DNA from: an uncultured virus (IMG/VR IMGVR_UViG_3300008108_000264)
Taxonomy: Duplodnaviria > Heunggongvirae > Uroviricota > Caudoviricetes
Strand: one strand, 5' to 3'
Length of the DNA: 64,000 nt
IMG/VR virus record: IMGVR_UViG_3300008108_000264
This document shows, piece by piece, positions 30,504-40,714 of the stretch (positions are counted from its first letter, which is position 1; each line of letters begins with the position of its first letter). The notes under the pieces are model-generated. The model made no database searches, was not told where the DNA came from, and saw nothing but the letters and a program-made list of their open reading frames with translations. The position numbers and the translations under genes were made by a program.

Positions 30504-30626
30504 TAGTCAGGACAGGATTCGAACCTGTATGGTGCTACCGTAGAGAGTTTGGTCTTACTTGCGTGCCTTACCATAAGTGGAGTGCTACTCCATACTCTAT
30601 GCGTCTACCAATTCCGCCACCTGACT
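30504..30626 (-). tRNA. Leu-like pseudo-tRNA with about 40 extra nt in the anticodon arm
   Basis: AGTCAGG/CCTGACT acceptor, TGGCGGAATTGGTAGACGC D-arm, ACAGG TTCGAAT CCTGT T-arm. Confidence 0.7.
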
Positions 30627-30631
30627 AAAAA

Positions 30632-30731
30632 TGCGTTTTTAAATTATCCCTTGAACGCTAACAATGCCGACATACGATTCGGAAGGTCAAATACCTTATC
30701 TTCGGTCCGTGCAGATGCACCTACAGAGGGC
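30632..30731 (-). ncRNA. Unassigned structured RNA candidate
   Basis: CCCT/AGGG, GTGCA/TGCAC, CCGA/TCGG, AAGGT/ACCTT helices plus a GCGTT/AACGC pseudoknot. Confidence 0.45.
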
Positions 30732-30898
30732 TTTTTTTCCAATTAAATCCAATTTCAAAAAATGGTGTAATGTGTAATGCATAAACATTTGTTTTGTTAT
30801 CAACATTACTTTTACTTACTCCAATAAAGAATGGAATTATCCAAAAAAATTTAGTTTCAATCTTACCTTTGTATGTTTTCATATTTTTATATTTTTAG

Positions 30899-30982
30899 TA
30901 CCTAGAGCGGGACTCGAACCCGCACGGACATTCTGTCCACAAAATTTTAAGTCTTGCGTGGCTACCATTACACCACCTAGGC
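30899..30982 (-). tRNA. tRNA-Leu(TAA)
   Basis: GCCTAGG/TCTAGGT, CAAGA-CTTAAAA-TTTTG, long variable arm GGAC AGAAT GTCC, T-arm GCGGG TTCGAGT CCCGC. Confidence 0.9.
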
Positions 30983-30986
30983 ATAA

Positions 30987-31109
30987 AGAGAGAAGTTTGG
31001 GTTTCTCAAGGTTTCTGGTTAAGTGCAATGAGTGACGCCTGTCTACTACAAACCTTTTTTCGACAATTAATACACTCTACTTCTTAACTACAGCTAACGA
31101 CTTCTCTCT
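30987..31109 (-). ncRNA. Unassigned pseudoknotted RNA candidate
   Basis: AGAGAGAAGT/ACTTCTCTCT, GTTAAG/CTTAAC, GAGTG/CACTC, TGTC/GACA; loop AAGGTTT pairs with downstream AAACCTT. Confidence 0.55.
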
Positions 31110-31415
31110 AAATCTTTTGCAAAAACAGAAGGTAAATTATTTTTTTAAATAGTTTTACCAATAACTGACGAATGAGACCTGCACGCAATTTATTAGCATA
31201 CATGGACTTTTTCCATGCTTAAAACAATAAGTTTCATAATTTATCCTTCTGCCAACTTGCAAGTTTATCTTAAACGAAGAGATTTCAGTATCCAACGCCA
31301 AAAGTTAAATTTTACTTTCTCTTCAAGGTTTTCTTTTTCATCGTACAACCAAAATTTCATATAGTTGGTTTTTTAAAAACAGTCCGACTTTTACATCGGA
31401 CTGTCAGCGTTAAGT

Positions 31416-32009
31416 TCAGTTGTTCATATCGCCCATCCATGCAAATATGATTTCTTCAATCGCATCAGAAGTATAACGATTACTAACTAAATTGTAATCG
31501 TATATATCTAACGCATAGTATATATAATACGGTAAATCCTTTATATTCATATTGGATTTATGGGATTTAATCCCTACTCTCTCTTCATATTTATAAAAGA
31601 AAGTGTTTAGAAGAAATTCCGCATCATGAGCAGATATCATTGATCTGCTATCATACTCATGTGTTTTAAAGTTATCTATTTCTTTCAATGCAAATTGAAA
31701 TTCGAATGGAAACATTCGATCAATCTGCACTTGTGATCGCATTGTTACAAATGCGTCGTAAAATTCGCGAGAATAATGTAGTTTCTTTTCCAATGCTTCT
31801 GCTTTATCTTTGCAGATAATCATAATACGGTACTTTTTCTCACCTTCATAGATGAATTCTTCTACCATAAGTTTATCTTTAGGAAAGATAGACTTAATCT
31901 TAAAGAGTTCTGGTGTTCCTGTAGACATTATTTGAATACAAGGAAAGTTGTTCTGTGAGAACGCTACTACAGAGAATAGCATAATGATTAAAGTTAATAC
32001 TTTTTTCAT
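31416..32009 (-). CDS. Secreted protein, possibly SPOR-like
   Basis: Signal peptide; KYRIMI..KDKAEALEKK...FYDAFV resembles a SPOR domain. Confidence 0.45.
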   Translation of the reverse strand: MKKVLTLIIMLFSVVAFSQNNFPCIQIMSTGTPELFKIKSIFPKDKLMVEEFIYEGEKKYRIMIICKDKAEALEKKLHYSREFYDAFVTMRSQVQIDRMFPFEFQFALKEIDNFKTHEYDSRSMISAHDAEFLLNTFFYKYEERVGIKSHKSNMNIKDLPYYIYYALDIYDYNLVSNRYTSDAIEEIIFAWMGDMNN

Positions 32010-32086
32010 GACTTAATTAATTAAAAAATTGAATAAAAAGATTAAATATATAACCCGATTTTATAAGCCAAAACCGGGTAAAAAGC

Positions 32087-32745
32087 TTAGTTCTGCGATA
32101 CAAAGTAGTTTTGATGTCTATCAGCAATTAAAGGTGCTGGTCCTACAGATACAACTTCATACTCAAACTTATTGTCAAGCATCATAATAGCTTTCCAATC
32201 AAGATCTTTTTGAAAGTCAGTGTCATGTTGTAGTTTAAACATAAACTCGTCATCAATAAGTTTATATTCTGCCATACCTTTTACTTTAATAATATAGAAT
32301 GTCATAAGATTCTTTCTTTCTTGTATCTGAAAATTTCATATACATACTCAGCAGATTTCTTAAGATGTTCTATACACATCTCGTCTGTAAGTGGTTTCAT
32401 CTTTACTACACTAGGAAGTGTTGCTTGTTCTTTCTTACGAACAATAGGAGCAGGTTTGTTCCCTTTATTGTAAGCTTTAATTCCATCATTAACATAGAAT
32501 ATAACTTCTTCAGCTATATCCATTGTAGGTTTCTTGTTACTCACCCAAGTATACCAATGACTTTTCTTGTTATTGGTTGGGTTTTCAACTTTCTCAATAT
32601 ACTTTAGTTCCTTAAGAACTTTTAAAGTATTTCGAGTGATTTTAAACTGTTCAAGAAGTTTTGAAATCTCAACTCCTTTTTCCTTTTTCATCTCTATCTC
32701 AACCATAAAGTTGAAATATCGCTGTAGTGTGTTTCCTAATTTCAT
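32087..32745 (-). CDS. Two hypothetical ORFs (32087-32305; 32302-32745 possibly winged-helix)
   Basis: Overlapping stop and start codons. Confidence 0.55.
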
Positions 32746-32783
32746 TTTGTGATAAAAATTTAATGATAAATAATATAAATTCG

Positions 32784-32855
32784 ACGCAGAGGCAGGACTC
32801 GAACCTACAACCTTTAGTTTATGAGACTAATGAACAGCCTTTGTTCTTCTCTGCA
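32784..32855 (-). tRNA. tRNA-Met/Ile(CAT) with atypical D-arm
   Basis: TGCAGAG/CTCTGCG, TTAGT-CTCATAA-ACTAA, GTAGG TTCGAGT CCTGC. Confidence 0.75.
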
Positions 32856-32898
32856 TTATATGCTCCCAACTATCTCACGACTGTTGAGAGCTAACCAC

Positions 32899-33258
32899 TT
32901 AATCTGAAATCTTATGGTCAAACACGACTTTACCGTCGTGATTACCAATTATCACCATCATTAAATCAACACTTTTTGGTGCTTTTTTGATCATTCTTCC
33001 ATACGTGTCAAATGGCACGTGTATATGGATATAATCTTTAAATTCTTTAGGGTTATACCCTGCATTTCTAACCTCAGTTAAATAATCTAACCTGTACTTT
33101 TCAAGATTACTCTCGATAACTTCAGGTCTTACGTCCCAATAGAATGCAAAACACTCTACTTCGTCATCAGATCTAATAAGATCCGACAATGATGATGCAT
33201 AAGGCGTTTGAGCCATTGCGCTAAATGAAAGCGCTAGAATAAAAAACACTGTTTTCAT
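32899..33258 (-). CDS. Secreted hypothetical protein
   Basis: Signal peptide MKTVFFILALSFSAMA. Confidence 0.6.
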   Translation of the reverse strand: MKTVFFILALSFSAMAQTPYASSLSDLIRSDDEVECFAFYWDVRPEVIESNLEKYRLDYLTEVRNAGYNPKEFKDYIHIHVPFDTYGRMIKKAPKSVDLMMVIIGNHDGKVVFDHKISD

Positions 33259-33293
33259 AAATCTACAAATTTTAGTAAGATTAAAAAAATTAA

Positions 33294-33420
33294 TTAATTC
33301 CCCTCTGCACTCAGTTGTAATAAATATATAGAAGCCGAGTTTTTACACAACAGATTTTCTACGTGTTCGTCTATTACAACTGTCAGCCCTTGGGAAGCTG
33401 AAATGATGCATTAGAATTAA
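33294..33420 (-). ncRNA. Twister ribozyme (type P1, long P5)
   Basis: TTAATTC-TAA-TGCA-TC..CAGC-TTCCCAAGG-GCTG-A-[CAGTTGTAATA..TATTACAACTG]-AG-TGCA-GAG-GGGA-ATTAA; T1 pseudoknot TCCC/GGGA. Confidence 0.8.
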
Positions 33421-33654
33421 CAATTGATGTGCTAAAAAATAGACGTGTGGCAACTATACACCAACTGACACACTTTTTCCTTCAATTGTTAAAATTAAGG
33501 TTAAGATTGTGGTGAACAGTAGAGGAATTGACAACATACCGTTCACACACAATCAAATTTAACTGAGTATTAGTTTTGGTCCCGATTGACTCAGTATAAG
33601 GACACAACTTTTTTGTTACATAGATTGAAATCTTACGGGATTTCGATTTTAAAT

Positions 33655-33855
33655 TTAATTAATCTTTTCCATCATTGTGGACAATGCCACAGCTGACAGA
33701 AAACAACCTAAAATTATTACACTACCTGTAAAATACACAAGTGGTGTTTGTACTGGAAGAAGTTGTGGTTCTCCCATTACCAGTATTGTGAGGACAATAA
33801 TCATCACAAACATACCTACAAGTAGGCTTCTCATTAAATTCCAAAATGTTTTCAT
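33655..33855 (-). CDS. Small two-TM membrane protein
   Basis: Two hydrophobic helices. Confidence 0.55.
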   Translation of the reverse strand: MKTFWNLMRSLLVGMFVMIIVLTILVMGEPQLLPVQTPLVYFTGSVIILGCFLSAVALSTMMEKIN

Positions 33856-33935
33856 AAACTACTTAGTATTATAAAATTAATAAAAAAAGGAGCGTGCTAA
33901 TATACACCAATCTTCTCCTCAATGAAAAAAACTGT

Positions 33936-34855
33936 CTACATCTTTACCCAGGCAAGAACAGTTGTCTTTGTTCCTGTCTTGTAGTGGTGATCATGCCACA
34001 ATTTATTATCTTCAGTTGTTGCACCGTAATAAGTACCATCTGTCATCAGATGAGGATGATAAAATCTCCCATCTTCCTGTAATGGAACTTCTTGGTATTG
34101 TTCATACAAAACTGGATCATTCTTTTTATACCAATTATTACCTTGGTACATTAATAAATTATTATCTGATTTAAGTAATAATGCTGTTGTTATACCTTGA
34201 TCAACTATTACACAGTCGGTTAAGAGCACTTGCTCATAACCTAACTTTTTGTATGAAGCTTCTTTTGCTTCTTCAATTGTTAAAACAGTATCAAATACTT
34301 GACCCCATGGTTTTACAATATGACCTGAAGATAACCAATAAGAATTGTCTTCAAGTGTTTGACCTGTAATTTCAGGATGTTTTATACCATGTTGGTACAA
34401 AGCACCTGAAATGTTAAACAACATCTTTAACAATGGTCTAAGACCATTTATTCTCTCGGCATATACATTTACAAAGTTTCCTTCGTGAATAAATGTACCG
34501 ATAAACTTTTTATCAGCAGTTTTATTTTTGTAAATAAGCATGACGTCTGTTGCATCCATTTCAATATTTATTTCTTCTGCTTTTTCAAGGCGATTGCCGT
34601 CTTTGTTAAAGCATTGAAACACCACCCATTTGTCTGGAGAAATCTCCATTGGGTAAGTGAACCCTTGGAAGCCACCTTTAGTAGTAGCCACGTTTCAATA
34701 TTTACGAAACATGTGTTAGTGCTGTCATACCCTTTAGTAAGGGTAAAATTGAAAGCTTTGCAAACAACTTCGCTGATTCCTTCAACAAATGTTTGTCCAA
34801 GTTGTCCTTTGTTTAAAATATTTCTTCTCATTGTGTTGACTCTTATCATCCTCAC
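33936..34855 (-). CDS. Hypothetical gene split by an apparent frameshift near 34693
   Basis: ORFs 34568-34855 and 33936-34691 join if GAAACGTG were GAAAACGTG. Confidence 0.5.
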
Positions 34856-35019
34856 ATAGGCTCGAGTTCTACCTATATGCTTATCATTATAAATATGATA
34901 TGCCTTGACGTTATACTTTCCTTGACACTATCATAAATGCATCATAACTATTTCACTCATTAGACTTTTCAGAGTACCAGACTAGCTGTTTAGTTACCAA
35001 CCTGCCGAAGCAGGTATTT

Positions 35020-36493
35020 TTAAAACTTTTCTACTATACTTTGTATAGTGTTCAATGAAGAACACTTTTCGTAAATATTCATATCACTTGGAAGCCTTTC
35101 AGCTCCACTGTAAATCAGGAAATCTTGCATTCCTGAAAAATTTGTACCTGAAGCAGTTTTATAACGACCGCTTGAGGTTTTGTAGATGAACTTGAAAGTA
35201 TCACCTACAATTTGATAGTACTTTACCATATAGAACGGCGAGATTTATTCACCGTTATGTAATTAGCTCTATCTTTAGCAATATAGAAACATACTGCTGG
35301 AAATAAGATAGAGAATATAAACACGTAAAACATTAGTAAATGGATCGGCATATTACCAAAGATCCAGAAAGAGCTTAGTCCAAGAATAAAGCTCATAATT
35401 GCCATTATACTTGCAACCAAGAATATAATGACGGAAATAAATACTTTCATGTCGTTAGATTAAAATGGTTTAATAATCGTCAGTCGTTGCCCAATAATTG
35501 TGGCAATTTTTACAACTCCATATTTCTTTCTGACGTTTAAAGAAATTGGAGCCATCATGTACAAGTGTACCGTTATCTTTTTGAATGATAAACTTATTAT
35601 CAGTCAAACAGTGAGGACAGTTAGCTTTGTCAGTATAAACTAGAGAGTTATATAAATTCTCATCTAGTTTACTGACATCCCATGGTTTACTCATAATTAG
35701 TTTTTACATGCTGGTGCTATACACCAAAATGGAAATAAAATAAGCATAACCCATGTGCCCCATGTATAATATAGGGCAAAACTGAGGATAATAAATAACA
35801 TTATTCCCCAGTTGTTACTGATAAATTCTTTTGTTTTTTCCATAAACTATTGGTATTATGAAATTAAAAAATAACCGTTTATCTGGGAACTTAGCTATGC
35901 ACTCCTGTAAAGGTTGCTAAACAAGCACGGTTTGGTAATGCTACAAGATTTGCAAACGCGCACTTCCTTGAAAGTATGGAAGAAATCTCCTTCCATAGTG
36001 TAAGAAGTTTGTACAGGACCTTGTTGAATGACCTCTGTTTTAAAATAGTCCGCATCGCAATGAGGACAATTTGTTTTGTGTGTGAATACTAGAGAATCAT
36101 AATATAATTCATCTAGTTTCGTTGGAAAACCGGGTAAGCTCATAAACAAAAGTATTATGTTGTTATAAATATATTAATACTGGATAGTACATACTACCCT
36201 TACACCTGTTAATTCAGGTTGTATTTTTACCACTGGTCCCAATTATCCCAGCTTAGATGGCATTCATAGCCAGTTATACTAGTAGCTTGTTTCCATTGCT
36301 CGTAATGAGCAGTTTCTTTTCTATTGGCTTTTCTGCAAGGTTGGTATTTGTATCGTTCTCCATCTTCAGGAGAAACACAAACAAAGATACCCATAGCTGA
36401 CTCACAAATGTGAGTCCCAGCAGCAAATGGGTTTACAATAAAGTTAAAACCGCTGATCTCATCAACGGTTTTTGTAAAGTTTGTAAAAATCAT
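35020..36493 (-). CDS. Small early-region ORFs, including two Zn-ribbon paralogs (35470-35694, 35895-36143)
   Basis: KLDE.(L/Y)Y.SLV(Y/F)T.K.NCPHC...CxxC in both paralogs. Confidence 0.55.
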
Positions 36494-37297
36494 AAACTAG
36501 TTAGTATTAAGAAGTTAGTTAATCAAATAGATATGTAAGGCCAATAATACGGTGATGTATAATTGGTAGTGAATGTGACAATGTGGAGAAATGATTGTGT
36601 GTGGGACTGGTAATATATAATATACACCAATCATTCGCATTTAATAACAATTAATCAACGAAAAACAGTTGAAATGTTATTATATTTAGTGCGCATTAAC
36701 GTTTAGTGAAACGATTTAACGTTTATTTAGGTCACTAAAGAAAATACTATGCCGCTAAATACTTGGAACGCTTGTTGTCCCCCTGCGGGCGATTATCGCT
36801 GTGCTCGCAATCGGTTGCTATGCAACGGAATTATTAGCTTGTTAAGCGTAATTCGTTCAACGCTGTAAAGTTCCCAAAAAAAAATGACACTTTTCCTGTA
36901 TGTCAACAACTTCTGAATTCAACAATAGAATTATATAGAAGCTGATATCATACCTATAGTGTTAATTTGTAATTCGAAAATGATTCGGATTAAAAAAAAG
37001 TATAGGCAAGGTAATGAAGCGAAGCGCCACGTACCGATCTTGATCAGGTAAAAAAACCTGATACATCTCTCAAGTCAACCCAACAAATTGATGGGTGCAA
37101 CTCTCTAATAGTTGCTGTGAAGCAACATATCAACTCCATATCCACGTATGGGAAGAGAGATACTTTATCTTATTACTCCACTCTGCATTTACACGGGCTT
37201 GTGACCGTCCATTGGCTGCATTAGAGTATTTATATCAACAAAACAAAGAGGGCGCCCGACGGAGGAGGGTAAGGCGCCCTTTAAACATCTTAATATA

Positions 37298-37552
37298 TCA
37301 GTATGAAATCCGAATGAAATCAGACATCTTTACGATGTCTACTTGATTCCATATATTTCCTTCTGCTGTTATTTCATCTATTTCTTCAACCGTGCTATCG
37401 ATTAGAATACCAGAGTGACGAAAATTGTTTCCATTATCCATTTTTAATTGGATTTTCCTTGCTTCTTCCGCTGATTTTGAAAGAGCAAATACTGTACAAT
37501 ATCTTTGATTGTCTTGATTTACATACCAACCAATTTCAAAATATTTATTCAT
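37298..37552 (-). CDS. Hypothetical protein
   Basis: 84-aa ORF with ATG start. Confidence 0.55.
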   Translation of the reverse strand: MNKYFEIGWYVNQDNQRYCTVFALSKSAEEARKIQLKMDNGNNFRHSGILIDSTVEEIDEITAEGNIWNQVDIVKMSDFIRISY

Positions 37553-37657
37553 AAATTTAGGCTCTGTGATACAACTACGCTCGAGCTCTACGTAGAGGTT
37601 TTTGAATAATTAGAATACCACACCCGATTAAGAGTGTGGTATATTTAAAACTAAAAC

Positions 37658-38586
37658 TTAGAACAGACCTTCAAATAGTTTCAGTTCAGCAGCTGCATCT
37701 GCCAATGGCATATTGCCATTAGCTTTTGCGTATTCTTTGACTTTTGCCATAAAGGCAAATTTCGAGTCAATTTCTGCTTCTTTAGTCAAGCGAATCTCTG
37801 TCGCTTTGTTTTCTGCGGTAACATTACCGACTTTCCTTTGGTTCTCAAGAGCTGCTTCTTTCTCAAAGTCTTCTCTATCAAGACTTGCAATGATACCCGC
37901 AAAAGTCGCAGTTGTTGTATCGTGAAAAAGTATTACTCTTTTATTACCTTGTACTTTCTGTACATATTGGGCAAGTTCCCTGTCTTTTTCCACAAGACTA
38001 ATGAATTGAGGGTCAGTCTCTGTGTACGTGGTTTTCATCGCCACGTTACCACGAACGTTTACCGCCAAGTAAACGTTTTCTGTTAGTATTTCACCCGCTT
38101 GATTAACGGCGATAATCTTTCTATCAATTAGATTACTAACAAACGCTTCGTTTACCAGGTAGCTCTGCGGTGTGTTATCAGGCAGCATTACTGCCATTGA
38201 TACCTGTTGTTGCGAGCCGCTCAATTGACCGTTTACGGTCTTCCTTACGGAAAATCTTTCGCCTTGTAAAGTAGACAAACTAATCAGTTTAACAATAATG
38301 CGACTAATTTCCGCATTATTAGAACTTTTGGTGAAGTGCTTTCTCTTAATGGTCCTGCGACCAATTTCGCCAACTACTTTTTCTGCTGCAATATTGCTTA
38401 CTGCAATATTATTGATGGGTTCATCAATATCCCCTGCTGCCGCTTTTACTGCAGCAATAAATGGTTGATATTGATTGAATAAACCAATCTCATCGGTAGC
38501 ATAAAGGCCTTTTTCAAGCTGTTGATAAATTCTGCATTTGTTAAAGTTGCAGATACTGCAGCTGTTTTGAAAGTTACTCCGTTCAT
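37658..38586 (-). CDS. About 309-aa hypothetical protein with a 1-bp frameshift near 38528
   Basis: Frame of 37658-38278 is open for more than 83 further codons; ATG 38586 is 1 nt out of frame. Confidence 0.6.
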
Positions 38587-39170
38587 TGGTAGTATGGTAT
38601 TAAAAAAGTTTACTTACACCCTAAGGTCATAGAATGTAAGCTGAAAATAATGGTATTCCTAATCGCTTTCACGATATACTTTAGGCGCATTAGGAATTAC
38701 AGTATTAAGCTGTTATTAGCAACAACGAAGTTGTATGTACTCATCTCGAAAGATTCACGCCGATTCTCGTGAGTTAAAACTTAGTCCGCTAAGTTCTCTC
38801 AAAAAGTTTCAACGACAACGTAGTTGCTACCAAAAGCTTGGCAACTGCAGTGCGATACCAACGTAGAAAATAAAATCGGCAAGAAATTTGCTGATTTCAG
38901 TCTAGCGGAGGTATGACGCACAACCTTATGACGGTGTGGGTTGTTTTAAGGCAGGTCCCACATCACCTGCACAAAATATCAAAAATAATAAAAAAAATTT
39001 TACTCGGGGGATGTTTAAATGTAAAACAAAATATTCTATTGAAAATAAATTATTTGTTATAATAAAAAAAATTTTTTTCTGAATAAGATGAACTGACAGG
39101 ATATTATAGTTTTATTTTGTTATTTTTGAAATAATGTTTGATATTGATATAAAATGTAAATTATGTTTTG

Positions 39171-39178
39171 TATCTTTG
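39171..39178 (+). promoter_or_regulatory. Bacteroidota-type -7 promoter box
   Basis: TATCTTTG about 30 bp upstream of the first plus-strand gene. Confidence 0.5.
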
Positions 39179-39209
39179 TATTATTATTTAATTAAAGAGA
39201 GAAAGAAAA

Positions 39210-39737
39210 ATGAAAACGAATTATCATAAAAAACTTAGAGTTAATAAGAATGTTACTCCTATTTTTTTTGGTAAAGCAGATGAGGTTGAAAATGAAGATG
39301 GTAGTGTTGAATTGTTTTTAGATAAGGTAATTGATGAGTATACTTTTTATTATTTGTATTGTAGTATTAATAATATTACGGCAAAGAATAAATTGGCTAA
39401 TACTCAGCTAGTTGTTTTATCTGCTATTATGACAAGACCATTAAATTTTTCTTTACCTGTGGATTCAAAAGATGGAAAGTTAACAAAGATTGCTGAGGAG
39501 TTAAGTACTCCAGATGAACCAAGAACAGCTAATAGTATTTATCAGGCTGTTAAGAGATTAAGAGATGCAGGTTATCTTATTGAGAATGAAGATAAGCTTA
39601 TTGTACCTAATGCTATTTTACAAAGAGTTAGGTATATTGTAAAGAGAGAGTTAGAAGAGAAAGGATTTTCTACTTTTGATTATTTGTTCAAATGTTATAT
39701 AACTGAAAATGGATCCGTTATTAAAAAAGATAATTAA
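39210..39737 (+). CDS. Winged-helix DNA-binding protein
   Basis: LTKIAEELS...ANSIYQAVKRLRDAGYLIE..LIVPN. Confidence 0.6.
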   Translation: MKTNYHKKLRVNKNVTPIFFGKADEVENEDGSVELFLDKVIDEYTFYYLYCSINNITAKNKLANTQLVVLSAIMTRPLNFSLPVDSKDGKLTKIAEELSTPDEPRTANSIYQAVKRLRDAGYLIENEDKLIVPNAILQRVRYIVKRELEEKGFSTFDYLFKCYITENGSVIKKDN

Positions 39738-39972
39738 TGAAATTGCTGAAGAAGAAAATATTAAAAGTGAGTTAGTAGAATTGTCTATTAGGAATGTATG
39801 TGATTGGACTAGAGAGATGTTTATTAGTAAGGAATATGCTTCCGTATTATGGCCAAAGTTTGGATCGTTTACACTGATAGAAAGAAGATTGAAAGAAGAA
39901 GACAAAGAGATAGTTAAAGATTTTAAACAAAATTTTAAAAAGAAAAAGTATGATGAAGAAGAAACCAATTAG
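39709..39972 (+). CDS. HU/IHF-like DNA-binding protein
   Basis: IINEIAEE...SVLWPKFGSF HU-like pattern; crAss-like phages carry such genes near TerL. Confidence 0.6.
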   Translation: MDPLLKKIINEIAEEENIKSELVELSIRNVCDWTREMFISKEYASVLWPKFGSFTLIERRLKEEDKEIVKDFKQNFKKKKYDEEETN

Positions 39973-40714
39973 ATCAAGATTACATTCAGCAGATAAAACA
40001 ATTGCTGTTAATAAGTTGAAAGATTTAGAAAGATTAGAGAACTCAATTAGTGAAGAGACAATAAGAACAGAAAGAAGACAAAGTGAAATAGATCAGTATA
40101 ACTTTGAGGAAGTAAATGTTATTGATGATTATTTTAGTGGTCTTAGTTTTGTTGACTCTGCTTTGATTGTAAGGTTGCATAAGGAGAATTATATTAAGGA
40201 AGTATCTGTAATGCCTAATGGTGCAGTAATGTATGATGCTTGGCTTAGTCAAGTAGATGGTAGAATGAATAAAGCTGAAAGAGAGAAGTGGGTAGATAAT
40301 CCATTACCTTATGTTTTTAGTGGTGTTATTGTTGCTATCTCACCTACTGCTCAAACTGGATATATCAAAACGAAGGAAAGTTTACCTGAAGAGTTAAGAG
40401 ATGGATATAAGGTACCTGAAGTAGGTGACATTGTACATCTTGATCATTTTATGGTTGCTGATAGAAGATTCTATCCTAATAAACAAGCAAGAGATTTTAT
40501 TAAGAATCCTGAAGAGTATCGTATTGTTCACTTTGATGGTTATGTAAAAATACATCCTTCTTTGATTGAGGCTGTTGTTACAGATAAGATTGATTTTTAT
40601 AGTAACATATCTCCTTTTCAGAATTTTATAAAATTTAAAGAAAGTGGTGGACTTGATAATATTAAAAAAGAATACGAAGAAAAATATGGCAAAGAAGAAA
40701 ATGGAATGGACTAA
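39950..40714 (+). CDS. Possible divergent GroES-like co-chaperonin
   Basis: ALIVRL, SGVIVAISP, VPEVGDIVHL resemble Cpn10 motifs with insertions. Confidence 0.4.
   Translation: MMKKKPIRSRLHSADKTIAVNKLKDLERLENSISEETIRTERRQSEIDQYNFEEVNVIDDYFSGLSFVDSALIVRLHKENYIKEVSVMPNGAVMYDAWLSQVDGRMNKAEREKWVDNPLPYVFSGVIVAISPTAQTGYIKTKESLPEELRDGYKVPEVGDIVHLDHFMVADRRFYPNKQARDFIKNPEEYRIVHFDGYVKIHPSLIEAVVTDKIDFYSNISPFQNFIKFKESGGLDNIKKEYEEKYGKEENGMD

Noticed and set aside
31165..31240. Plus-strand CTGACGA as a hammerhead core
   Set aside because: No correctly placed GAAA or stems II and III
760..38086. Plus-strand ORFs in the left arm (e.g. 760, 2288, 5996, 19087, 28168, 30549, 34485, 37095)
   Set aside because: Mostly antisense shadows of real genes or RNAs, with atypical composition
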